Part shown: one piece after another, positions 16,880 to 26,942 of the stretch
Position numbering within the stretch: position 1 is the stretch's first letter
How the letters are laid out: every line of letters begins with the position of its first letter
Assembly: GCF_001598795.1 (NCBI RefSeq)
Contig: NZ_BCZP01000003.1
Coordinates: 180,001-212,000 of the forward strand
DNA length: 32,000 bases
Reading direction: 5' to 3'
From: Delftia acidovorans NBRC 14950
GTDB taxonomy: Bacteria; Pseudomonadota; Gammaproteobacteria; Burkholderiales; Burkholderiaceae_C
Translations under genes and position numbers: made by a program
The notes under the pieces: model-generated
Told to the model about the DNA's origin: nothing
The model's database searches: none
The model's input: the letters and a program-made list of their open reading frames with translations, nothing else

Positions 16880-19800
16880 TCAGGCATGAACGCGCTCCCG
16901 AGAAGAACGATCCCGCCACCTCTGCGCCCACCCCTCAAAAGTCAGATAGATCACCGGAGTAGTGAACAGAGTCAGCAACTGACTCACCAGCAAGCCCCCC
17001 ACCAACGTCACCCCCAACGGATGCCGCAACTCACTGCCCACCCCCGTCCCCAGCATCAACGGCAAAGCCCCCAGCAAAGCCGCCAAAGTCGTCATCAGGA
17101 TAGGCCGGAACCGCAGCAGGCAGGCCTGGTAGATGGCCTCGCGCGGCGTATGCCCCTCCTCGCGCTGCGCCTCCAGCGCGAAGTCGATCATCATGATCGC
17201 GTTCTTCTTGACGATGCCGATCAGCAGCACGATGCCGATGATGGCGATGATGTCCAGGTCCAGCCCCGCCAGCAGCAGGGCCAGCAGCGCGCCCACGCCG
17301 GCCGAGGGCAGCGTGGACAGGATGGTCACCGGGTGGATGGTGCTCTCATAGAGCACGCCCAGCACGATGTACATGGTGATCACGGCCGCCAGCACCAGCA
17401 GCAGCGTGTTGGACAGCGAGGCCTGGAAGGCCAGGGCCGCGCCCTGGAAGGCGGCGTCCACCGACAGCGGCATATGGCCCTCGGTGCGCAGCTGTGCCAT
17501 CAGATCCTGCACGGCCTTGACCGCATGGCCCAGCGACACGCCGGGCGCGGTGTTGAACGAGATGGTGGCGGCGGGCAGCTGGCCCACATGGTTCACGGCC
17601 AGGGCCATGGGCCGCTCGCTGACCGTGGCCACCGAGGACAGCGGCACGGGCGCGCCCGCGCTGGAGGCCACATAGATGGCCTGCAGCGACTCGGGCCCGA
17701 TCTTGAACTGCGGCGCCACTTCCAGCACCACGCGGTACTGGTTGGACTGCGTGAAGATGGTGGAGATCAGCCGCTGGCCGAAGGCGTTGTACAGCGCCGT
17801 GTCGATGGCCGAGACCGTCACGCCCAGCCGGCTGGCCTGGGCCCGGTCGATCTGCACGAAGGCCTGCAGGCCCTGGTTCTGCAGGTCGCTGCCCACGTCC
17901 ACCAGCTCGGGCAGGTCGTGCATGCGCTCGACCAGGGCCTGGGTGCTGGTGGTCAGCTGCGCCATGTCGGGCGAGGACATCAGCAGCTGGTACTGGGTGC
18001 GCGCCACGCGGTCCTCGATGGTCAGGTCCTGCACGGGCTGGGCGTACAGGCGTATGCCCGGGATCTGCAGCGCATCGTCGGACAAGCGGCGCAGCACGGC
18101 GGGCACGCCATCGCGCTGGCCGTGGGGCTTGAGGTCGATCAGCAGCCGGCCCGTGTTCAGCGTGGTGTTGCTGCCATCGACGCCGATGAAGGACGAGATG
18201 CTCTGCACGGCCGGGTCCTTGAGCAGCAGCTCGGCCAGGGCCTGCTGGCGCTCGGCCATGGCGGCAAAGGAGATGGACTGGTCGGCCTCGGTCGTGGCCT
18301 GGATGGTGCCCGTGTCCTGGTCCGGGAAGAAGCCCTTGGGCACGGCAAAGTACAGCAGCACGGTCACGGCCAGCGTGGCCAGGAAGACGATCCAGGTCAG
18401 GCCCCGGCGGTCCAGCACCCAGGTGAGGATGCGGCCGTAGCCGGCAATGGTGCGGTCGAAGAAACGGCCCGTGGCGTGGTACAGGCGGCCATGCCGCTCT
18501 TCCTCGGCCCCTTCGGGCTGGTGGCGCAGCAGCCGTGCGCACAGCATGGGCGTGAGCGTCAGCGAGACCACGGCCGAGATCAGGATGGCCACCGCCATGG
18601 TGATGGCGAACTCGTGGAACAGCCGCCCCACCACGTCGCCCATGAACAGCAGCGGGATCAGCACGGCGATCAGCGAAATCGTCAGCGAGATGATGGTGAA
18701 GCCGATCTGCTTGGCGCCCTTGAGCGCGGCCTGCATGGGCGGCTCGCCCTTTTCCACGAAGCGCGCGATGTTCTCGATCATCACGATGGCATCGTCCACC
18801 ACGAAGCCGGTGGAGATCGTCAGCGCCATCAGCGTGAGGTTGTTGATGGAAAAGCCGGCCAGGTACATCACGCCGAAGGTGCCGATCAGCGACAGCGGCA
18901 CGGCAAAGCTCGGGATCAGCGTGGCCGAGGCGCTGCGCAGGAAGACGAAGATCACCGCCACCACCAGGGCGATGGCCAGCATCAGCTCCAGCTGCATGTC
19001 GTTGACCGAGGCGCGGATAGTCACCGTGCGGTCGGTCAGCACCTGCACGTCCAGCGAGGCCGGCAGGGTCTCCTTGAGCTGGGGCAGCAGCGCCTTGATG
19101 CGGTCCACCGTCTCGATCACATTGGCGCCGGGCTGGCGCCGGATGTTGAGGATCACGCCCGCGCGCGAACCGCCTTCGGGCGTGCCGGCCCAGGCGGCCA
19201 GGCGCGTGTTCTCGGCATCGTCCACGGTCTGGGCGATGTCGGACAGGCGCACGGGCAGGCCGTTCTTGAAGGCGATGATGAGGTTGCGGTACTCGGCCGC
19301 CGACTGCAGCTGGTCATTGGCATCGATGGTGGAGGCGCGCGCCGGGCCGTCGAAGCCGCCCTTGGCCTGCTTGACGTTGGCGGCGGCAATGGCGGTGCGC
19401 ACATCGTCCAGCGTCATGCCCAGGCCGGCCAGCGCCGTCGGGTTGGCCTGGATGCGCACGGCAGGCCGGCGCCCGCCGGCAATCGCCACCAGGCCCACGC
19501 CGTTGACCTGCGAGAGCTTGGGCGCCAGCCGGTTCTCCACCAGGTCATTGACGCGGATCACCGGCAGCGAGGGCGAGGTGATGGCCAGCGTGAGGATGGG
19601 CGCGTCCGCCGGGTTGACCTTGCTGTACAGCGGGGGCATGGGCAGGTCGCTGGGCAGCAGGTTGGAGCCCGCGTTGATGGCGGCCTGCACCTGCTGCTCA
19701 GCCACGTCCATGGCCATGTCCAGCGCAAAGCGCAGCGTGATCACCGAGGCGCCGCCCGAGCTGGTGGACGACATCTGCGACAGCCCCGGCATCTGGCCCA

Positions 19801-20011
19801 GCTGGCGCTCCAGCGGCGCCGTGACGTTGGAGGTCATCACGTCGGGGCTGGCACCGGGGTACAGCGTGGTGACCTGGATGGTGGGGTAGTCCACCTCGGG
19901 CAGGGCCGAGATCGGCAACAGCCGGTAGGCCAGCAGGCCGGCGATCAGCACCGCCACCATCAGCAGCGATGTGGCGACGGGTCGCAGGATGAAGATGCGG
20001 GAAAGATTCAT
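16880..20011 (-). CDS. mdtB: RND multidrug efflux permease, first pump of a MdtBC/MuxBC pair
   Basis: [51 protein letters not shown], 1043 aa, AcrB-type, directly downstream of the adaptor gene. Confidence 0.9.
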   Translation of the reverse strand: MNLSRIFILRPVATSLLMVAVLIAGLLAYRLLPISALPEVDYPTIQVTTLYPGASPDVMTSNVTAPLERQLGQMPGLSQMSSTSSGGASVITLRFALDMAMDVAEQQVQAAINAGSNLLPSDLPMPPLYSKVNPADAPILTLAITSPSLPVIRVNDLVENRLAPKLSQVNGVGLVAIAGGRRPAVRIQANPTALAGLGMTLDDVRTAIAAANVKQAKGGFDGPARASTIDANDQLQSAAEYRNLIIAFKNGLPVRLSDIAQTVDDAENTRLAAWAGTPEGGSRAGVILNIRRQPGANVIETVDRIKALLPQLKETLPASLDVQVLTDRTVTIRASVNDMQLELMLAIALVVAVIFVFLRSASATLIPSFAVPLSLIGTFGVMYLAGFSINNLTLMALTISTGFVVDDAIVMIENIARFVEKGEPPMQAALKGAKQIGFTIISLTISLIAVLIPLLFMGDVVGRLFHEFAITMAVAILISAVVSLTLTPMLCARLLRHQPEGAEEERHGRLYHATGRFFDRTIAGYGRILTWVLDRRGLTWIVFLATLAVTVLLYFAVPKGFFPDQDTGTIQATTEADQSISFAAMAERQQALAELLLKDPAVQSISSFIGVDGSNTTLNTGRLLIDLKPHGQRDGVPAVLRRLSDDALQIPGIRLYAQPVQDLTIEDRVARTQYQLLMSSPDMAQLTTSTQALVERMHDLPELVDVGSDLQNQGLQAFVQIDRAQASRLGVTVSAIDTALYNAFGQRLISTIFTQSNQYRVVLEVAPQFKIGPESLQAIYVASSAGAPVPLSSVATVSERPMALAVNHVGQLPAATISFNTAPGVSLGHAVKAVQDLMAQLRTEGHMPLSVDAAFQGAALAFQASLSNTLLLVLAAVITMYIVLGVLYESTIHPVTILSTLPSAGVGALLALLLAGLDLDIIAIIGIVLLIGIVKKNAIMMIDFALEAQREEGHTPREAIYQACLLRFRPILMTTLAALLGALPLMLGTGVGSELRHPLGVTLVGGLLVSQLLTLFTTPVIYLTFEGWAQRWRDRSSRERVHA

Positions 20012-20057
20012 GGGGCCGCCTGGAAGGGCTTGCAGTCTTCAGGTGCCGGGGCGCTGC

Positions 20058-21674
20058 TCAGCGCCCGGCCGGAGCGGGAGCCGCCGGGGCAGCAGGCGCA
20101 GAGGGCGCGGCAGGTGCCGGGCCGGGCGAAGGCTGGGGCGATCCGGGCGACGGTGCCGGCGACTGGCCTGCGGGCGCGGAGCCTTCGGCCGCCGGCGCGG
20201 TCACGTTGCCGCCGTTGCCGCCATTGCCGCCACTGCCACCGTTACCCCCATTGCGCTGCCCACCGCGCTCGGCACGCAGCTTCTGCAGGTAGGCCTTGCG
20301 CTCGTCGGGGTTCATGGTCGCCAGCTTGGCGCGCACATCGGGCGGCAGATTGCGCATGCCGCGCGGCTGGCCGGAGGCATCCTGCACGGCCTGGTCCACC
20401 TTCTGCACCTTATCGGGCTCGATCACCGTGACCTTGGCGCCTTCGCGCAGGCGGTCAATGCCATCGACCACCACCTGCTCGCCGGACTTGAGTTCGCCCT
20501 TCACGCTCACCCTGTCGCCATCGGTCACGCCCACGGCGATGCGCCGCTGCGTCACCGTGCCATCCTCCTGGACCAGGTAGACGTAGTTGTTCTGCACGGC
20601 CGTGGTCGGCACGGTCAGCGCCTGCTCCAGCCGGTCCACTTCCAGCTTGACATTGACGAACTGGTTGGCGAACAGGCGGCCCTCGGCATTGTCGAAAGCG
20701 GCCTTGGCCTTGATGGTGCCGGTGGCGATGTCGATGCTGTTGTCCACCGCATTGAGGCGGCCGCGCCCCAGTTGCTGCTTCAGGTCCCGGTCCCACAACT
20801 CCACGGGCAGCTCGCGCCCCTCGGCCAGGCGCCGTGCCAGCGTGCCCACATGGGCCTCGGGCACGGAGAACACCGCGTCGATGGGCTTGACCTGGGTGAT
20901 GGTGACGATGCCGTTGGCATCCGAAGGATTGACCACATTGCCCCGGTCGGCCTGGCGCAGGCCCAGCCGGCCCGCAATGGGCGCCGTGATGCGCGTGTAG
21001 CTCAGTTGCAGCTTGGCCGCATCGGCCTGGGCCTGGTCGGCGGCCACCGTGCCCTGGTACTGGCGCACCAGCGCAGCCTGGGTATCGACCTGCTGGCCGG
21101 CAATGGAATCCTGGGCCTGCAGCTCCTTGTAGCGCTGCAGGTCCAGCTGGGCGTTCTTGAGCAGCGCCTGGTCGCGCTGCAGCGTGCCCTGGATCTGGTT
21201 GAAGCTGGCCTGGAAGCTGCGCGGATCGATCTCGGCCAGCAGCTGGCCGGCCTTGACCTCGTCGCCTTCCTTGAAATGCAGGCGCAGCAACTCGCCCGAC
21301 ACCTTGGCGCGCACCACGGCCGTGGCGCGAGGGTTCATGGTGCCGATGGCGCTGATCAGCACGCGCATGTCGCGCCGCTCCACCACGCCCACGGACACCG
21401 GCTGCGCCTGGGCACCCATGGCGCCGGGGCCGCCAGGCCCACCCGGCCCGCCGGGGCCGCGCCGGCCGCCTCCCGCACGCCCGCCACCCGGGCCGGGTGC
21501 ACCGGCCGAGGCCTGCTCGCCCTGCGCCGGCGCCCGCTTGTTCCACCACCACAGCCCGCCCCCCGCCACCAGGGCCAGTGCCACCACGCCCCACATCAGG
21601 GCGGGCCGTACCCGGCCGCGCTGGCGTACGCCGTGGGCATCTGCAACAAAGGGGCTGCTTGACAGGCGTTTCAT
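20058..21674 (-). CDS. mdtA: RND efflux periplasmic adaptor (MFP), MdtA/MuxA-like, with Gly/Pro/Asn-rich N- and C-terminal extensions
   Basis: The core has the typical HlyD/MFP barrel-sandwich and lipoyl pattern (LAEIDPRSFQA..., YTRITAPIAGRLG). ATG at 21674 (MKRLSSS...); the track uses the GTG two codons upstream. Confidence 0.85.
   Translation of the reverse strand: MKRLSSSPFVADAHGVRQRGRVRPALMWGVVALALVAGGGLWWWNKRAPAQGEQASAGAPGPGGGRAGGGRRGPGGPGGPGGPGAMGAQAQPVSVGVVERRDMRVLISAIGTMNPRATAVVRAKVSGELLRLHFKEGDEVKAGQLLAEIDPRSFQASFNQIQGTLQRDQALLKNAQLDLQRYKELQAQDSIAGQQVDTQAALVRQYQGTVAADQAQADAAKLQLSYTRITAPIAGRLGLRQADRGNVVNPSDANGIVTITQVKPIDAVFSVPEAHVGTLARRLAEGRELPVELWDRDLKQQLGRGRLNAVDNSIDIATGTIKAKAAFDNAEGRLFANQFVNVKLEVDRLEQALTVPTTAVQNNYVYLVQEDGTVTQRRIAVGVTDGDRVSVKGELKSGEQVVVDGIDRLREGAKVTVIEPDKVQKVDQAVQDASGQPRGMRNLPPDVRAKLATMNPDERKAYLQKLRAERGGQRNGGNGGSGGNGGNGGNVTAPAAEGSAPAGQSPAPSPGSPQPSPGPAPAAPSAPAAPAAPAPAGR
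20205..20258 (-). repeat. Imperfect 9-bp tandem repeat (about 6 units) inside the mdtA 3' region, encoding (GGN)n
   Basis: Plus strand: GTTGCCGCC GTTGCCGCC ATTGCCGCC ACTGCCACC GTTACCCCC ATTGCGCTG. It encodes NGGNGGSGGNGGNGGN in MdtA. Confidence 0.6.
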
Positions 21675-21789
21675 GGTCACTGCGGGAAGTCGTGGGAGGA
21701 AACCGTGGGTCCGGCCCCAGAACAGGGAACGGCGGCGGATGCGGCTATGGTAGCCAGTCCCATGCTCTCCAAAACGAGGCAGATCGCCG

Positions 21790-21833
21790 TTTTACGCAGG
21801 CATTACCCCCGCTTTACCCCGGCTTTACCCGCT
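21790..21833 (-). promoter_or_regulatory. Four direct repeats at 11-bp spacing upstream of mdtA (candidate OmpR/CpxR-type response-regulator site)
   Basis: TTAC cores at 21792, 21803, 21814 and 21825, exactly 11 bp apart. The minus strand reads GTAAA-gccggg-GTAAA-gcgggg-GTAAT-gcctgc-GTAAA. The array is 116-160 nt upstream of the mdtA ATG. Confidence 0.45.
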
Positions 21834-22095
21834 CTGACATGGTCGTTTTCGGAACAGGTCGAGCACCCGTCGGCAGGGTCTCAGACAGGGCACGGCGCTC
21901 AAAACACTGTTGACCCAGGCACGGCCAATGCGGGGCGCATGAACCGAAAAGTCCATTGAAAACAAGGCATTGCACTGCACCCCGGCGCGGCCCGCGCCTC
22001 GCCCCCGGTTGGACTGCCCCCCGCGCTTGTGGCTACGATGCGCGGCCGCAGGCCTGCAAGCGCAGGCCGCCATCCATCCGTCCCAGGAGAACACC

Positions 22096-22482
22096 ATGAC
22101 GACTGCCAACCCACGCCTGACCGACCATTCCGAAGAAGCCGCCGTGCGCGTGCCGCTGGAGCTGTACATGCGCGGCCATGCCGAGGACAACAGCGCCCAC
22201 ATGCGCGCCGCCTTCATGCCCACCGCCCGCATCGAAAGCGTGCGCGAAGGCCCGCTGACCTCCTGGGACATCGACACCTACTGCGCCCGCTTCAAGGGCC
22301 AGCCCGCCGCCGACGAGGCCACGCGCCGCCGCAGCATCGACGCCATCGACATCGGCGGCACGGCGGCCAGCGCCAAGATCACCCTGGTGCACGGCGCCAT
22401 CACCTTCATCGACTACTTCGTGCTGCTCAAGACCGAGGCCGGCTGGAAGATTGCCAACAAGGCCTTCCATGCGGTGGTCTAA
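22096..22482 (+). CDS. NTF2-like small protein (SnoaL / putative lumazine-binding type)
   Basis: AGGAGA lies 6 nt before the ATG at 22096. 128 aa: ...VPLELYMRGHAEDNSAHMRAAF...FIDYFVLLKTEAGWKIANKAF, the typical C-terminal strand pattern of this fold family. Confidence 0.7.
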   Translation: MTTANPRLTDHSEEAAVRVPLELYMRGHAEDNSAHMRAAFMPTARIESVREGPLTSWDIDTYCARFKGQPAADEATRRRSIDAIDIGGTAASAKITLVHGAITFIDYFVLLKTEAGWKIANKAFHAVV

Positions 22483-23549
22483 CCCACCCCGCACACCAGC
22501 GGCGTAATGCCCTCTGGCCCGTCATCCTCCAGCGGCTGCGGGGGCTGGGCGGCGGCGAGCTTGCCTTCTTCCACGGTCATGCCGCGTGGCAGGGCCACGC
22601 CGTTCTTGGCGGCCAGGACCTCGGCCATGATGCTGACGGCGATTTCGGGCGGGGTCTTGCTGCCTATGTACAGGCCGATGGGGCCGCGCAGGCGTGCCAG
22701 CTGCGCGTCGCCCAGGCCGAAGTGCTCGCTCAGGCGCTGCAGGCGCAGGGCGGTGTTGCGGCGCGAGCCGATGGCGCCGACGTAGAAGGCCGGGGATTCC
22801 AGGGCTTCCATGAGGGCCAGGTCGTCGAGCTTGGGGTCGTGCGTGAGGCCGATGATGCAGGTGCGCGCATCGGCGCGCATGGTGCGCACAAGGTCGTCGG
22901 GCATCTCGCGCGACAGCTGCACGCCGGCCACGCTCCAGTGGCGGCTGTATTCCTCGCGCGGGTCGCAGACGGTGACCGCAAAGCCGTTGAACAGCGCCAT
23001 GGTGGCCAGGTATTCGGACAGCTGGCCTGCGCCGATGAGCAGCATCCGGTACTCGGGCCCGAAGCTGTTGGCGACCTGCTGCCCGGCATGCACCAGCGGC
23101 TCGGGCGCGTCGCTGACCTGCTGGGCGACCTGGCCCGTGGCCTTGTCCACGGTGCGCCGCACCATGCGGCCTTCGTCCAGCCATCGCACGAGTTGCTGCA
23201 GCGCAGCAGCGTCGGGATTGAATTCGAGCAGCAGCTCCAGCGTGCCGCCGCAGGGCAGGCCGAAGCGGTGGGCCTCGTCGGCGCTGACGCCGTAGCGCAG
23301 CAGCCGGGGCGCGCCGTCGCGCAGGGCGTCGGCATCCGAGGCGTGGCTGTAGCGGGCGATCAGGTCGTCCTCGATGCAGCCGCCGGACACGGAGCCGACC
23401 ACGGCGCCCGAGGCCCCCAGGGCCATGATGGAGCCGATGGGCCGGGGCGACGAGCCCCAGGTACGCACCACCGTGGCCAGCAGCGCGCGCTCGCCCTGAG
23501 CGCGCCATTGCGCGAGGTGGCGCAGAACATGAACATCCAGGTTTTCCAT
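22479..23549 (-). CDS. XdhC/CoxI-family molybdenum-cofactor insertion chaperone
   Basis: N-terminal XdhC_CoxI pattern (ATVVRTWGSSPRPIGSIMAL...GSVSGGCIEDD) and a C-terminal Rossmann-like LLIGAGQLSEYLA. GGAGAT precedes the ATG at 23549. Confidence 0.85.
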   Translation of the reverse strand: MENLDVHVLRHLAQWRAQGERALLATVVRTWGSSPRPIGSIMALGASGAVVGSVSGGCIEDDLIARYSHASDADALRDGAPRLLRYGVSADEAHRFGLPCGGTLELLLEFNPDAAALQQLVRWLDEGRMVRRTVDKATGQVAQQVSDAPEPLVHAGQQVANSFGPEYRMLLIGAGQLSEYLATMALFNGFAVTVCDPREEYSRHWSVAGVQLSREMPDDLVRTMRADARTCIIGLTHDPKLDDLALMEALESPAFYVGAIGSRRNTALRLQRLSEHFGLGDAQLARLRGPIGLYIGSKTPPEIAVSIMAEVLAAKNGVALPRGMTVEEGKLAAAQPPQPLEDDGPEGITPLVCGVG

Positions 23550-23704
23550 TGCAAATCTCCACGCCGGCACCTGGCTTGCCTGTGCAGCTGGGCGCCTGGC
23601 GTTTTTCGGCGGCTATTGTCTCTCTGCATCAAGAAGGGTGCAGCAGCATGTAAAAAGGGCTTGGTAGCGCAGGGCGAAGCATAGAAGCCACAACAAATCT
23701 GAGG

Positions 23705-23799
23705 CCAGAGACGCCGAGCAAGAGCCGCCTCGCGGCGAGGGCGTCGTCCCCCTCCCGCGAAGCGAGAGAGAGGGGGAAGCGGCGCAGCCGCTCAGGGGG
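23705..23799 (-). repeat. Stop-anchored two-hairpin repeat, copy 5 (between coxG and xdhC)
   Basis: The reverse complement reads CCCCCTGAGCGGCTGCGCCGCTTCCCCCTCTCTCTCGCTTCGCGGGAGGGGGACGACGCCCTCGCCGCGAGGCGGCTCTTGCTCGGCGTC. It begins 6 nt after the coxG stop. Confidence 0.75.
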
Positions 23800-23805
23800 A
23801 GCGCC

Positions 23806-24537
23806 CTAGTACCGCGAGAGCAGCCAGCCAGCCCCGAGAACGACGACGACGGCCAGCCCCCAGCACCACAGCGGGATGGCGCGGCGCGAGCGTTCCTCGG
23901 CCTCGGTGGCCGGTGCGGCATCCAGCGGCGTGGCCACGCCGGCTGCGGCGTCGTGCTCCCAGGCCTGGGCGTCCACGGTGGGCTCGATGTGGCCGGTTTC
24001 ATCGGCCAGGCCGGCAGGCAGGTGGGACAGGTCGGCGGTGTCGCCTGCATCGGCAGGCGCTGCCGGCGCGCGCGGGTGGCGCTGCTGCATCAGCGTATCG
24101 AATCGCGCGAAGAAGTCGTCGGCCATGTTGCGCGCGGCGCCGTCGATCAGCCGCTGGCCCAGCTGGGCGATCTTGCCGCCGACCTGGGCCTGCACGCTGT
24201 AGCTGAGCAGGCAGCGCGGCTGGCCTGCGGCGTCATCGGGCTCGGGGGTGAGGGTGACGTCGGCCTCGCCCTTGCCGAAGCCGGCCACGCCGCCCTGGCC
24301 TTCAAAGGCGATGCGGTAGCGCTCGGGCGGCGTGATGTCGGACAGCGTGACCTTGCCGCTGAACTTGGCCGATACCGGCCCCACCTTGACCGCCATGCCC
24401 ACGGCGTACTGGTCATCGCCCAGGGGTTCGAAGCGGTCGCAGCCGGCCAGGCAGGCCTTGAGCGTTTCGGGATCGTTGAGCGCCTCCCAGGCCTGCTGCT
24501 GGCTGACGGCAAGGGAACGGCTGGCTTGCATTTCCAT
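23806..24537 (-). CDS. coxG: CoxG-like SRPBCC protein with a C-terminal membrane anchor
   Basis: MEMQASRSLAVSQQQAWEALNDPETLKACLAGC...VGPVSAKFSGKV is the CoxG pattern. The C-terminal segment WCWGLAVVVVLGAGWLL is hydrophobic. AAAGGAA precedes the ATG at 24537. Confidence 0.85.
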   Translation of the reverse strand: MEMQASRSLAVSQQQAWEALNDPETLKACLAGCDRFEPLGDDQYAVGMAVKVGPVSAKFSGKVTLSDITPPERYRIAFEGQGGVAGFGKGEADVTLTPEPDDAAGQPRCLLSYSVQAQVGGKIAQLGQRLIDGAARNMADDFFARFDTLMQQRHPRAPAAPADAGDTADLSHLPAGLADETGHIEPTVDAQAWEHDAAAGVATPLDAAPATEAEERSRRAIPLWCWGLAVVVVLGAGWLLSRY

Positions 24538-24575
24538 GGCAATTCCTTTCTGCGATGGGGGTGGCCGCAAGCGGC

Positions 24576-25828
24576 TCAGCGGCCTGGCACCGCCAGCAGC
24601 CGCGCCAGGTGACCGGCCAGTTGCTGCAGCGATTCCAGGTTGTGTACCGCAAGCATGGCATGGGCATGACGATGCAGCACGGCCGCCCCCTGGGCCAGTG
24701 GGGCATACCCGTCAAAGCGCAGCAGCGGGTTGAGCCACAGCAGCCGCGCGCTGTGGCGGCGCAGCCAGGCCAGTTCGCGGTCCAGCTCGGCGGCATCGCC
24801 GGTGTCCAGGCCGTCGCTGATGATGAGCACCAGGGTGCGCCGGCCCACCAGGCCTGAAACCCGGTGGCGCGCATGCAGGCGGCGCAGTTCGCCCAGGCTG
24901 CTGCCCAGGCGCGTGCCGCCGCCAAAGTCGGCAATGGCGGCGTTGGCGCGCTCGAGCATGGCGTCTGTATCGGCCTGGGCAAAGGCCGGGCCCAGGTCGC
25001 GCAGCTCGGTGCCGAAGCTGAAGACCTGGCGGCGCAGGCCCGCATGGCGCTGCGTGCTGGTGGCCGCGTGCAGGAAGGCCAGCAACAGCCGCGCATAGCG
25101 CTCCATGGAGCCCGAGACATCGACCAGGGCCAGCCAGGGCAGCGGCAGGCGCCGGCGTTCGCGCCGCAGCAGTTGCAGCATTTCGCCGCCATGGTGCGAT
25201 GCCGCACGCAGGCTGGCAGCCCAGTCGGGCACCGCGCCGCGCTGGCCGGTGCGCGTGCGGCGGCTGCGGTAGCGGGGCAAGGGAAGGGCAATGTCCCGGG
25301 CCAGGCGCTGCACCAGCAGGTATTCGCTGGCGCTGAGCTGGTTGAAGTCGGCATGGCGCAGGCGGTGGCGCTCGCTGGCCGTCATGGCGGCGTCCAGCTT
25401 CAGCTCTTCATCGACGGCGGCCCTGCCCTCGCCTGCCTGGCGGGGCGACAGCGCTTCCTGCACGCGCGGGCGGTGGCGCGGCGCGGACGGCCGGGGCGCC
25501 TGCGGCAGCAACTGGGCCAGCAGTTGCCGGGCCACATCGGGATTGCGGAAGTAGGCGTCGAACAGTTCGCGGAACACGGCGCGGTCCTGGGCGTTGCTCA
25601 CAAATACGGCCTCCAGCGCTGCGGCCATGTCCTCGCGCGCCAGGCCGACCAGGGACAGGGCCTGCTGGGCCAGCGCCATGCGCCCGCCATCCACGGGCAC
25701 GCCCGCACGGCGCAGCGCACGCGCAAAGCCGACCAGGTTGCCGGCGAGCTTGCCGCTGCGCGCATCGCCCAGCCAGCTGGTGCGCTCGCCCCCATCGGCG
25801 GCACCGGCTGCACCGGCTGCACCAGCCG

Positions 25829-25832
<4 letters not shown>
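24576..25832 (-). CDS. coxE: CoxE-like von Willebrand factor A domain protein
   Basis: N-terminal LVGFARALRRAGVPV pattern and MIDAS motif LVDVSGSM. The GTG start at 25832 overlaps the coxD stop as GTGA. Confidence 0.85.
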
Positions 25833-26770
<938 letters not shown>

Positions 26771-26799
26771 TCAGTCCTTATCCAATCGTCATGGAACTG

Positions 26800-26933
26800 C
26801 GCTTCGTCTGCGCTGCGCAAAACTGGCGCAATCCAACTCAGGGACACCGAGGAAGGGCCGCCCCGCACCGAGGGTGTCGCCGGCTGCCCGTATGCCCCCC
26901 TTCCAGGGGGAAGGCGCGAAGCGACTCAGGGGG
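26800..26933 (-). repeat. Stop-anchored two-hairpin repeat, copy 3 (between coxM and coxD)
   Basis: The reverse complement reads CCCCCTGAGTCGCTTCGCGCCTTCCCCCTGGAAGGGGG...GACACCCTCGGTGCGGGGCGGCCCTTCCTCGGTGTCCCTGAGTTGG... It begins 9 nt after the coxM stop. Confidence 0.8.
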
Positions 26934-26942
26934 TCACCATAG

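Noticed and set aside
13679-20431. Very long ORFs antisense to or overlapping real genes: 13679..16663 (994 aa), 16775..20431 (1218 aa), 4871..7531 (886 aa), 27721..30228 (835 aa), 20455..21594, 9816..11300, and others.
   Set aside because: Their translations are Arg/Ala/Gly/His/Gln-rich low-complexity strings with no motifs. They mirror well-supported genes on the opposite strand or in another frame. Long stop-free antisense frames are expected in very GC-rich DNA.
21681-22095. Small ORFs in the 415-bp mdtA / NTF2 intergenic region (21705..21959, 21497..21913, 21825..22277).
   Set aside because: They have no ribosome-binding sites, no coding-like GC3 pattern distinct from background, and no motifs. 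The region is better explained as a promoter/operator region.
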